From the IMG/VR virus record IMGVR_UViG_2693429774_000014: a DNA stretch of 29,365 nucleotides. One strand, given 5' to 3'. Position numbers and translations under genes: made by a program. Under the pieces are notes generated by a model, which was given only the letters and a program-made list of their open reading frames with translations, was not told where the DNA came from and searched no databases. Positions 16,334-24,249 of this stretch are shown here, piece by piece (the stretch's first letter is position 1; each line of letters opens with the position of its first letter). Source of the DNA: a virus (lineage: Duplodnaviria; Heunggongvirae; Uroviricota; Caudoviricetes).

Positions 16334-18184
16334 ATGTCGATTAAACATTATGATGTTGTCAGGGCGGCGTCGCCGTCAGACCTTGCGGAAAAGCTGACAC
16401 ACAAACTGAAAGAGGGCTGGCAGCCATACGGCGGACCGGTTGCCATTACGCCGTACACACTGATGCAGGCGGTGGCTATTGAAGGAGAGCCACAGGTCGG
16501 CCCTTCATCTGAGCCGGATTGGTACTACGTCATCGTACTGGCCGGGCAGTCCAATGCCATGGCTTACGGTGAAGGGCTTCCGCTGCCGGATTCATACGAT
16601 GCTCCGGATCCGCGCATTAAACAGCTGGCGCGCCGCAGTACAGTGACGCCGGGCGGGGCTGCCTGCAGATATAACGATATTATTCCGGCTGACCACTGTC
16701 TGCATGATGTGCAGGATATGAGTACGCTGAATCATCCGAGGGCTGACCTGAGCAAAGGGCAGTACGGCTGTGTCGGCCAGGGTTTACATATTGCCAAAAA
16801 ACTGCTCCCGTATATCCCGAATAACGCGGGGATCCTGCTGGTACCATGCTGTCGTGGTGGTTCGGCATTTACCCAGGGCGCGGAGGGGACATTCAGCGAG
16901 TCCACGGGGGCCAGTCAGGATTCGGCACGCTGGGGGGTGGGCAAGCCGTTATATCAGGATCTGATTTCCCGCACAAAAGCGGCATTGCAGAAAAATCCCA
17001 AAAACGTTCTGCTGGCCGTCTGCTGGATGCAGGGTGAGTTTGACATGAGCGCCGCCACCCACGCACAGCAACCTGCGCTGTTTACAGCCATGCTGACACA
17101 GTTTCGTGCTGACCTCTCCGTGTTTAACGCGCAGTGCCATGGTGGCAGCGCTGCAGATGTGCCGTGGATTTGTGGTGACACGACGTATTACTGGAAAAAT
17201 ACATACGCTACCCAATACGACACCGTGTACGGCGGGTATAAAAACAGGGAGAGTGAGGGCGTTTATTTTGTGCCCTTCATGACAGACGGTAACGGCGTCA
17301 ATACCGCCACTAACGCGCCGGCAGAAGATCCGGATATTCCGGCATCAGGATATTACGGTGCGGCATCGAGAACGAATGGAAACCAGGTATCATCAAACCG
17401 CCCGACACATTTCAGTTCATGGGCGCGCAGGAGCATTATTCCGGATCGTCTGGCAACCGCTATTCTGAACGCAGCCGGGCGCACCTCAGCCTTCATCAGT
17501 GGTAAGGCACCGGAAATCAAACCCTCGCCCGGCGGCAACACGCCATCGGGTCCGTCTGCAGATACGTCCGTTCGCACAATCTCCCTGCTGCCGGCAGCCG
17601 GAGAGGCTGCTGCGCAGGGCTGGAGCATTAAGGATGGCGGAATTCAGTTGTCAGATGGTGTATTTAAGATCACCAAGCAGAGCAATAAAACCTGGTCCCT
17701 GACGCATCCGGTGGATGACGCAATTACCCTGCTGACACAGGGCGGCAGACTGACCTGTAAGTTCCGCCTGTCAGGCGCACTGACCAACAATCAGTTCGGG
17801 CTGGGGATTTATCTGTATACGGATGCTCCCGTTCCTGATGGTGTGGCGATGACGGGTACCGGTAATCCGTTCCTGATGTCGTACTTCACTCAGACCACTG
17901 ACGGCAGAGTGAATCTGATGCATCACAGGAAAGCCGGAAACACGAAGCTGGGGGAGTTCGGCGGTTACGGTAACGACTGGCAGACGCTGGAGCTGGTGTT
18001 CACCGCCGGCAGTGCCACGGTTACTCCGAAACTGAATGGAGTGGCTGGCCCGGCATTCCAGGTTATAAAAGACGGTCTGACACTGGGACTGAATGCGCTG
18101 ACGCTGACGGATGTTACAAAAAATGCAGCGTATGGCGTTGAGATAGAAAGTCTGGTGCTGGAGATAAATGCACCGGCAGCATAA
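16334..18184 (+). CDS. nanS: Prophage NanS-p-like sialate O-acetylesterase (616 aa; SGNH/SASA esterase core with extra N- and C-terminal domains)
   Basis: Block VIVLAGQSNAMAYGEG (GQSN-type esterase motif). Size and position (between the Q/tRNA region and the holin) match the NanS-p genes of Stx-type lambdoid phages. GGGAGA ribosome-binding site. Confidence 0.8.
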   Translation: MSIKHYDVVRAASPSDLAEKLTHKLKEGWQPYGGPVAITPYTLMQAVAIEGEPQVGPSSEPDWYYVIVLAGQSNAMAYGEGLPLPDSYDAPDPRIKQLARRSTVTPGGAACRYNDIIPADHCLHDVQDMSTLNHPRADLSKGQYGCVGQGLHIAKKLLPYIPNNAGILLVPCCRGGSAFTQGAEGTFSESTGASQDSARWGVGKPLYQDLISRTKAALQKNPKNVLLAVCWMQGEFDMSAATHAQQPALFTAMLTQFRADLSVFNAQCHGGSAADVPWICGDTTYYWKNTYATQYDTVYGGYKNRESEGVYFVPFMTDGNGVNTATNAPAEDPDIPASGYYGAASRTNGNQVSSNRPTHFSSWARRSIIPDRLATAILNAAGRTSAFISGKAPEIKPSPGGNTPSGPSADTSVRTISLLPAAGEAAAQGWSIKDGGIQLSDGVFKITKQSNKTWSLTHPVDDAITLLTQGGRLTCKFRLSGALTNNQFGLGIYLYTDAPVPDGVAMTGTGNPFLMSYFTQTTDGRVNLMHHRKAGNTKLGEFGGYGNDWQTLELVFTAGSATVTPKLNGVAGPAFQVIKDGLTLGLNALTLTDVTKNAAYGVEIESLVLEINAPAA

Positions 18185-18185
18185 T

Positions 18186-18470
18186 AAAAAAAGAGCCAGC
18201 GACTGACCTGAAAGAAGACGCTGGCTAAAAGGCCTTATATGTTTGTAGAGACTTATTTTTCACAGACAGCAATGATGCCTGTCAATATATTATCAATATG
18301 CGGATTGTTTCAGTTACAGATGCTTTATTAAGGAAAAAAACAGCCAGCACTGACTTTCGGTGGAGAGGTGCTGGCTCAGAAGGATAGTTGGATTTCACAT
18401 GATACTTATGCCTGGCGGTATATTTTCTGACAGACAGTGACGGGTGTTGTCAAGATATTGTGTCATTTAT
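18186..18470. repeat. Imperfect tandem direct repeat (two units of about 115-135 bp, each with a GCCAGC...GCTGGC inverted repeat) in the nanS-to-holin intergenic region
   Basis: Unit 1 (about 18186-18300) and unit 2 (about 18334-18470) align by eye: AAAAAAAGAGCCAGCGACTGAC...GCTGGCT...CAGACAGCAATGATGCCTGTCAATATATT versus AAAAAAACAGCCAGCACTGACT...GCTGGCT...CAGACAGTGACGGGTGTTGTCAAGATATT. Confidence 0.6.
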
Positions 18471-18551
18471 AACCTGAATCAGGGGAGGCCGGAATGTTAT
18501 CTGGCATTTTTAGCAGAGCCTGAATGCCATAATCACGGCTCCCGGAGTTGG

Positions 18552-18590
18552 CCGTCAGTGGGTGACACTGGCGGTTTTTTTGTTTTTCTT
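18552..18590 (+). terminator. Strong rho-independent terminator about 40 bp upstream of the holin gene
   Basis: 9-bp stem CCGTCAGTG/CACTGGCGG (one G-U pair), loop GGTGA, then TTTTTTTTGTTTTT. Confidence 0.65.
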
Positions 18591-18631
18591 TACTTTCATT
18601 TTCTGTCGGCGGTGACGGAGACATACATCAG

Positions 18632-18838
18632 ATGGAAAAAATCACAACGGGTGTGTCATACACCACGTCAGCGGTGGGGACGGGATACTGGTTACTGCAG
18701 CTGCTGGACAAAGTCTCTCCGTCCCAGTGGGTGGCAATCGGTGTGCTGGGGAGTCTGCTGTTTGGCCTGCTGACGTATCTGACTAACCTTTATTTCAAGA
18801 TTAAAGAAGATAAGCGTAAGGTGGCGCGGGGAGAGTAG
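18632..18838 (+). CDS. S: Phage-21-type holin (class II holin/pinholin family, 68 aa)
   Basis: [68 protein letters not shown] closely resembles S21 as I recall it; two TM segments and a basic C-terminus. Confidence 0.85.
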   Translation: MEKITTGVSYTTSAVGTGYWLLQLLDKVSPSQWVAIGVLGSLLFGLLTYLTNLYFKIKEDKRKVARGE

Positions 18839-19093
18839 TCGATGAATAAACAATACGAACTGGTTGTAAAATGAATATTTCTAACTGAAAAAACGTTCCA
18901 TGAGGTAAGAAAAGGTCACAGGCAATCAATAACAGGACGTGATGAAAGACCCTTGCATTTGTGCGCTTTCTCTTTAGATAGCAGCAGATACTGAAAATCT
19001 GAGTTGTCGGGGAGTCAGGGATACAGCTGTGCAAGAGTTGGTCATTGTGATTCCATTGAAATCCTGTATGCCATGAAGGGCAGGATTTTATGG

Positions 19094-19408
19094 CTACCTG
19101 AGCTTTGGTGATAGTAAGTTGAAAATTCGCATTTTTTGCTGACATGCGTAACGAGAATCCCATAAGCAGGGAGGACTTAATTCTTCATTAACCCATGCGT
19201 TGATATTATGTTTCAGCCGTTGAAGCATCAGCGGTGTTAATGTTGTGGTAATAATATCCAGCGTTTTATGTGAGATCTTACCGTAAGGGTCTGCAAGAAT
19301 GCTGCTTGTTGCTTCGTTATTATCTGCCATCAGAAGAAGTAACTCTGATTTAACGTTTTCTGTCATTAGTTGTAAAAATCTTCTGCGCAAACTTTCTTTA
19401 CTGTTCAT
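19094..19408 (-). CDS. YdfR-like hypothetical protein (104 aa) encoded antisense within an AT-rich insert between holin and endolysin
   Basis: ORF on the opposite strand in an AT-rich segment (about 18840-19500). K-12 Qin has a roughly 103-aa ydfR between essQ and rrrQ. Ribosome-binding site is weak. Confidence 0.45.
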   Translation of the reverse strand: MNSKESLRRRFLQLMTENVKSELLLLMADNNEATSSILADPYGKISHKTLDIITTTLTPLMLQRLKHNINAWVNEELSPPCLWDSRYACQQKMRIFNLLSPKLR

Positions 19409-19525
19409 TTATATGGCTTCATTTGTTGTAATCTGCTGCGTCTCAAGGGATATGTTTATGAGAGCGACCATGAGTGTTGGATTATATACCTAACATATCA
19501 AGGGATTAGAAATCGATAAATCCCC

Positions 19526-20059
19526 ATGAACGAAAAAATAAAATACGGCCTGTCGGCTGCCGTTCTGGCGCTGATTGGTGCAGGTGCTTCTGCGCCTGAA
19601 ATCCTCGACCAGTTTCTGGATGAAAAGGAAGGTAACCACACCACGGCATACCGTGATGGTGCGGGGATCTGGACCATCTGCCGTGGTGCCATTCTGGTGG
19701 ATGGTAAGCCTGTTATTCCTGGCATGAAGCTGTCAAAGGAAAAATGCGACCGGGTTAATGCCATCGAACGTGACAAGGCGCTGGCATGGGTGGAGAAAAA
19801 CATCCGGGTGCCGCTGACCGAACCCCAGAAAGCGGGGATCGCGTCATTCTGTCCGTACAACATTGGCCCCGGTAAGTGCTTCCCGTCGACGTTTTATAAA
19901 CGAATTAATGCAGGCGATCGAAAAGGTGCCTGTGAGGCGATTCGCTGGTGGATTAAGGACGGTGGCAGAGACTGCCGTATCCGTTCAAATAATTGCTACG
20001 GTCAGGTCTCACGGCGTGACCAGGAGAGCGCGCTGGCGTGCTGGGACATCGACAGATAG
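19526..20059 (+). CDS. R: Endolysin, T4-lysozyme-family (GH24) with N-terminal signal-anchor (SAR-type, as in phage 21 R)
   Basis: N-terminal hydrophobic YGLSAAVLALIGAGASAP, then catalytic-triad spacing E-x8-D-x5-T (LDEKEGNHTTAYRDGAGIWT). Pairs with a pinholin-type holin. Confidence 0.85.
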   Translation: MNEKIKYGLSAAVLALIGAGASAPEILDQFLDEKEGNHTTAYRDGAGIWTICRGAILVDGKPVIPGMKLSKEKCDRVNAIERDKALAWVEKNIRVPLTEPQKAGIASFCPYNIGPGKCFPSTFYKRINAGDRKGACEAIRWWIKDGGRDCRIRSNNCYGQVSRRDQESALACWDIDR

Positions 20060-20279
20060 CAGAATATTTTCCTGAAAAATGACGTTGGCCAACGCGGGTG
20101 GATAACACGAAATCCTGAAAACTGGTAAAACCTAAGTGAATAAAAGTAAAAACCCCGTTTGTTGGCAGCAAGCGGGGTTTTGTGTTTTCTGACCTTGAGT
20201 AAGGCAAGGGAGAAATTATGGGTAGGGAGGTACTTTCCCTGTGAGGAAGTATAAAAGATTCTTTCTGAGGTTGTCCATT

Positions 20280-20393
20280 ATGAAAGGCATTGAAGTGGAG
20301 ACGCCAGCCAGTCTGGATTTAACAAGAGCGGCAGCTTTTGCCATTCGTATTGTGGCCATTGCTGTTCTGGTCTGGGCAATCCGTTGGTGGTGA
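20280..20393 (+). CDS. Possible small hydrophobic protein (37 aa) between endolysin and Rz
   Basis: MKGIEVETPASLDLTRAAAFAIRIVAIAVLVWAIRWW. GAGG about 9 nt upstream of ATG; stop is 1 nt before the Rz ATG. Not in the track (under 60 aa). Confidence 0.3.
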   Translation: MKGIEVETPASLDLTRAAAFAIRIVAIAVLVWAIRWW

Positions 20394-20394
20394 T

Positions 20395-20862
20395 ATGAAC
20401 CGTGTTCTGTGCGTGGTTATCATTGTCCTGCTGGTGGCCTGTGGTGCGCTTAGTCTGGGGCTGAATCATTACCGTGATCACGCCATCATCTACAAAGAGC
20501 AGCGCGATAAAAAAGCCAGTGAGCTGGAGCTGGCGAACGCGACAATTACTGATATGCAGATACGCCAGCGTGATGTCGCTGCACTTGATGCCAGATACTC
20601 GAGGGAATTAGCCGATGCGAGAGCTGAAAATGAAACTCTGCGTGCTGATGTTGCCGCTGGTCGTAAGCGCCTGCGGATCAACGCCACCTGCTCCGGTACC
20701 GTGCGTGAAGCCACCGGCACCTCCGGCGTGGATAATGCAACCGGCCCCCGACTGGCAGACACCGCTGAACGGGATTATTTCATCCTCAGAGAACGGCTGA
20801 TGGCAATGCAGAAGCAACTGGAAGGAGCACAGGAATATATCCGTACCCAGTGTATACCGTGA
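20395..20862 (+). CDS. Rz: Rz-like i-spanin (155 aa from MNRVL; track ORF starts at 20338)
   Basis: N-terminal TM (VLCVVIIVLLVACGALSL) then a charged coiled-coil-like periplasmic domain. Contains an embedded +1-frame lipoprotein ORF (Rz1). Confidence 0.7.
   Translation: MNRVLCVVIIVLLVACGALSLGLNHYRDHAIIYKEQRDKKASELELANATITDMQIRQRDVAALDARYSRELADARAENETLRADVAAGRKRLRINATCSGTVREATGTSGVDNATGPRLADTAERDYFILRERLMAMQKQLEGAQEYIRTQCIP
20630..20800 (+). CDS. Rz1: Rz1-like o-spanin lipoprotein (56 aa) embedded in Rz in the +1 frame
   Basis: MKLCVLMLPLVVSACGSTPPAPVPCVKPPAPPAW...: lipobox-like VSAC and a proline-rich mature region. GAGAG ribosome-binding site. Confidence 0.7.
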   Translation: MKLCVLMLPLVVSACGSTPPAPVPCVKPPAPPAWIMQPAPDWQTPLNGIISSSENG

Positions 20863-21327
20863 TGTTTTGTTATGAAGGTGTTACTGGTAACGTTAAGGTA
20901 ATTTAACAAAGAGTCAGTTCCGGACTTTATAGTGTGCTCAGTTCATGGCCAAAAACGATTTCTGTGATAAATATTTTGAATATTATTTACAGGTAAATGG
21001 AGTGGGGCGCATGGATAGAAATATTACAATAGAGTATGAAGTATATGCCCGTATTGTATGGGCAGAGAAGGCAAAAACACGGTAATTCCGTGTGTTGCCA
21101 TGATACCTGATTGGCAGAATAGTTGTTTGGTTTTGAGTATATAGTCAGCGTTTTTTGTTCAGTAATTGCCCCCTCAAAAAATAATAAAATAAGGTGATTA
21201 TTTTTGTTTATTATTTAGTTTTTTTTGTGTGTTATTTTATTGTTTTTGCGTGGTTTGTTTTTTATTGTTATTTCATTAAGGGAAGGTAAATTCAGGATGG
21301 CAGTCTGTAGATAATCGGAGGTCACTT

Positions 21328-21642
21328 ATGCTACATGATCACGTGGCAGAATGTCTGGAGAAAAAAGGACTGTACCGGAGAGCAGCTGAACGATGGGCAA
21401 AAGTGATGGTACAGCTAAGTGATGACCAGAAAAGAAAAGTGGCGGCACAGAAACGAGCAGAGTGTTTGCGTAAGGCGCGCCGGACTCCGGTTTCACCGGT
21501 GAACCTGACCGAAATAAAACAAGCGGTCAACAGACTACATTCTGAGTTGGGAATGGGATTTGAAGAGCGGCGGGTATTCCGACGATATAAAGGGACAGGA
21601 GAACAGAATACGTCCGGAAACGCGCGGTCAAAAAAATGCTAA
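21328..21642 (+). CDS. PerC-family (Pch-like) transcriptional regulator candidate (104 aa) behind a long AT-rich leader
   Basis: N-terminal LEKKGLYRRAAERW resembles the PerC-family signature I recall (G-aromatic-RRA..RW). Perfect GGAGG ribosome-binding site. About 460 bp of AT-rich, T-tract-rich upstream DNA. Confidence 0.55.
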   Translation: MLHDHVAECLEKKGLYRRAAERWAKVMVQLSDDQKRKVAAQKRAECLRKARRTPVSPVNLTEIKQAVNRLHSELGMGFEERRVFRRYKGTGEQNTSGNARSKKC

Positions 21643-21723
21643 AAAATATCTGAGAGAGTTATTGCCTGTTACCATAAGAAAAAGCGACTTTAGTGGTCGC
21701 TTTTTGTGTCATATATAAGTCGT

Positions 21724-21948
21724 TTAAGTAAACCTGTCTGAACAGGTGCTCTGGTCGTGTTTGTCTTTGTTGGGTACAAATTGAGAATATTTTTCATTAA
21801 TTAATCTTCTTCTGCAGGCTTCAATAACCCACGCTGAAAAATTACCTGAACCTTTCAGGTCAAGAGCGATGTTAATTTGTTCAATTATCTGGTTTGGAAA
21901 TCGGATGTTGCGGGTTGTTGTTCTGCGGGTTCTGTTCTTTGATGACAT
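21724..21948 (-). CDS. Small lambda right-end ORF homolog (YlcI/DUF3950-like, 74 aa)
   Basis: MSSKNRTRRTTTRNIRFPNQIIEQINIALDLKGSGNFSAWVIEACRRRL resembles the small ORF near the right end of lambda as I recall it; lies just cos-proximal, as in lambda. Confidence 0.5.
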   Translation of the reverse strand: MSSKNRTRRTTTRNIRFPNQIIEQINIALDLKGSGNFSAWVIEACRRRLINEKYSQFVPNKDKHDQSTCSDRFT

Positions 21949-22155
21949 AATGTTGCCCCGTATTCAGTGTTGCTGATTTGTATTATCTGAAGTTGCTTTT
22001 ACGCTAATTTGATGCATATCAATTAATACGATACCTGCGTAATAATTGATTATTTCTCGTGGTTTGATGGCGTACACACATGTCGTGATAAACCTCATGT
22101 AGATGATAATTATTATCATTTTCGTGGGTCCTTTCCGGCGATCCGACAGGTTACG

Positions 22156-22167
22156 GGGCGGCGACCT
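22156..22167 (+). other. cosN cohesive-end sequence GGGCGGCGACCT (lambda-type cos), with flanking sequence resembling the lambda genome ends
   Basis: GGGCGGCGACCTCGCGGGTTTTCGCTATTTATGAAAATTTTCCGG matches the first about 45 nt of the lambda genome as I recall it, and the upstream ...CGATCCGACAGGTTACG resembles the lambda right end. Homology to lambda stops after TTTTCCGG. Confidence 0.75.
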
Positions 22168-22350
22168 CGCGGGTTTTCGCTATTTATGAAAATTTTCCGG
22201 GATCCATGTCCGGTTTCTCTTCAAGTTAACTATATGAAAAATATAAAAACAGGTCTTCTGTGAACCGGACATGAACAAAAAACAGACATGTAAACCGGAC
22301 ATGACCGGTTTTGTTGTGATTGTGAGGTGAGAGTTTTTGCGAGGTGAGGA

Positions 22351-23808
22351 GTGGCTACGCAGCCCGCCTATGCGCGGGTTTTCTTTTGCGCGCTCGGGCG
22401 CGAGATGGGGGCAGCAAGTCTTTCGGTACCACAACAGCAGGTACAGTTTGATGCTCCCGGAATGCTGGCTGAAACGGACGAGTACATGGCCGGAGGTAAA
22501 CGACCGGCCCGTGTTTACAGGGTGGTGAACGGTATTGCTGTACTGCCGGTGACCGGCACGCTGGTGCACCGGCTGGGTGGTATGCGGCCATTTTCCGGAA
22601 TGACAGGCTATGACGGTATTGTCGCCTGTCTTCGGCAGGCAATGGCGGATAGCCAGGTGCGGGGCGTACTGCTGGACATTGACAGTCCGGGCGGGCAGGC
22701 CGCCGGCGCGTTTGACTGCGCTGACATGATTTACCGCCTCCGTCAGCAGAAGCCGGTCTGGGCACTGTGCAATGACACGGCCTGTTCTGCAGCCATGCTG
22801 CTGGCGTCGGCCTGCTCCCGACGGCTGGTTACCCAGACATCCCGTATCGGCTCCATTGGCGTGATGATGAGCCATGTCAGCTATGCCGGTCATCTGGCGC
22901 AGGCCGGTGTGGATATCACGCTGATTTACTCAGGGACGCACAAGGTGGATGGCAATCAGTTTGAAGCCTTACCGGCAGAGGTTCGCCAGGACATGCAGCA
23001 GCGCATTGATGCGGCGCGCCGGATGTTTGCCGAAAAAGTGGCGATGTTTACCGGTCTGTCTGTTGATGCCGTCACGGGAACAGAGGCCGCCGTTTTTGAA
23101 GGTCAGTACGGCATTGATGCCGGGCTGGCGGATGAATTAGTCAATGCGTCGGATGCCATCAGTGTGATGGCCACGGCGCTGAACAGTAATGTCAGAGGAG
23201 GCACTATGCCGCAATTAACTGCAACGGAAGCCGCCGCGCAGGAGAACCAGCGAGTGATGGGGATCCTGACATGCCAGGAAGCGAAAGGACGTGAACAGCT
23301 TGCCACGATGCTGGCAGGACAACAGGGCATGAGCGTTGAACAGGCCCGGGCGATTCTGGCCGCGGCGGCACCGCAGCAGCCGGTGGCATCCACGCAGAGT
23401 GAAGCCGATCGCATTATGGCGTGTGAAGAAGCGAACGGTCGTGAACAACTGGCGGCAACGCTGGCGGCGATGCCGGAGATGACGGTGGAAAAAGCCCGCC
23501 CGATCCTGGCTGCTTCACCGCAGGCGGATGCCGGACCCTCACTCCGTGATCAGATCATGGCACTGGATGAGGCAAAAGGGGCTGAGGCGCAGGCTGAACA
23601 GCTGGCTGCCTGCCCGGGAATGACTGTGGAGAGCGCCCGGGCTGTGCTGGCTGCGGGATCAGGTAAGGCAGAACCGGTCTCTGCATCCACAACCGCCCTG
23701 TTTGAACGCATCATGGCGAACCATTCACCGGCTGCGGTACAGGGTGGCGTGCCACAGACGTCAGCAGACGGTGATGCGGACGTGAAAATGCTCATGGCCA
23801 TGCCATGA
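22351..23808 (+). CDS. C: Lambda gpC-like head maturation protease/scaffold (S49 family), N-terminally remodelled (GTG start, 485 aa)
   Basis: QPAYARVFFCALG...GIAVLPVTGTL...LLDIDSPGG...KPVWALCND...RRLVTQTSRIGSIGVMM...ITLIYSGTHKVDGN is strongly similar to lambda gpC as I recall it. GAGGTGAGGAG ribosome-binding site precedes the GTG. The first roughly 25 residues of lambda C have no counterpart. Confidence 0.85.
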   Translation: MATQPAYARVFFCALGREMGAASLSVPQQQVQFDAPGMLAETDEYMAGGKRPARVYRVVNGIAVLPVTGTLVHRLGGMRPFSGMTGYDGIVACLRQAMADSQVRGVLLDIDSPGGQAAGAFDCADMIYRLRQQKPVWALCNDTACSAAMLLASACSRRLVTQTSRIGSIGVMMSHVSYAGHLAQAGVDITLIYSGTHKVDGNQFEALPAEVRQDMQQRIDAARRMFAEKVAMFTGLSVDAVTGTEAAVFEGQYGIDAGLADELVNASDAISVMATALNSNVRGGTMPQLTATEAAAQENQRVMGILTCQEAKGREQLATMLAGQQGMSVEQARAILAAAAPQQPVASTQSEADRIMACEEANGREQLAATLAAMPEMTVEKARPILAASPQADAGPSLRDQIMALDEAKGAEAQAEQLAACPGMTVESARAVLAAGSGKAEPVSASTTALFERIMANHSPAAVQGGVPQTSADGDADVKMLMAMP

Positions 23809-23844
23809 AGTCAGTGCTGACCATCAACAGGAGGTTTTTACAAT

Positions 23845-24192
23845 ATGGTAACGAAAAACATCACTGAACAGCGTGCGGAAGTACGTATTTTTGCCGGTAA
23901 TGATCCGGCTCATACCGCCACAGGCAGCAGCGGGATTTCCTCGGCAACACCGGCACTGACGCCCCTGATGCTGGATGAAGCCAGCGGGAAACTGGTGGTC
24001 TGGGACGGACAGAAAGCCGGTAGTGCAGTTGGCATACTGGTACTGCCGCTTGAAGGCACAGAGACGGTACTGACCTATTACAAGTCGGGGACCTTTGCGA
24101 CGGAGGCAATCCGCTGGCCTGAAAGTGTGGATGAACACAAAAAGGCAAATGCCTTTGCCGGCAGTGCCCTGAGTCACGCGGCGCTGCCGTAA
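23845..24192 (+). CDS. D: Lambda gpD-like head decoration protein (115 aa)
   Basis: GNDPAHTATG...TPLMLDEASGKLVVWDG...VGILVLPL...YYKSGTF...WPE...AFAG resembles lambda gpD. AGGAGG ribosome-binding site. Confidence 0.85.
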   Translation: MVTKNITEQRAEVRIFAGNDPAHTATGSSGISSATPALTPLMLDEASGKLVVWDGQKAGSAVGILVLPLEGTETVLTYYKSGTFATEAIRWPESVDEHKKANAFAGSALSHAALP

Positions 24193-24249
24193 CACGTTAT
24201 CAGGCCACCGCGGTGGCCTGACTGATTTCTGAATGAAAGGAACTGATTT

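Noticed and set aside
16680-17628. Several 60-90-aa ORFs on both strands inside the NanS-p-like gene
   Set aside because: All are internal to, or antisense of, a 616-aa ORF with a clear esterase motif and ribosome-binding site; none has independent support.
18801-19163. 120-aa minus-strand ORF overlapping the holin 3' end and the YdfR-like ORF
   Set aside because: Overlaps two better-supported genes, lacks a ribosome-binding site, and the translation is low complexity; likely spurious in AT-rich DNA.
22180-23808. Multiple long minus-strand ORFs (e.g. 22180-22893, 22355-22765, 23103-23414, 23550-23801) overlapping the gpC-like gene
   Set aside because: They lie antisense to a confidently identified GC-rich coding region, lack ribosome-binding sites, and have Arg/Pro/Ala-rich low-complexity translations typical of spurious frames in high-GC DNA.
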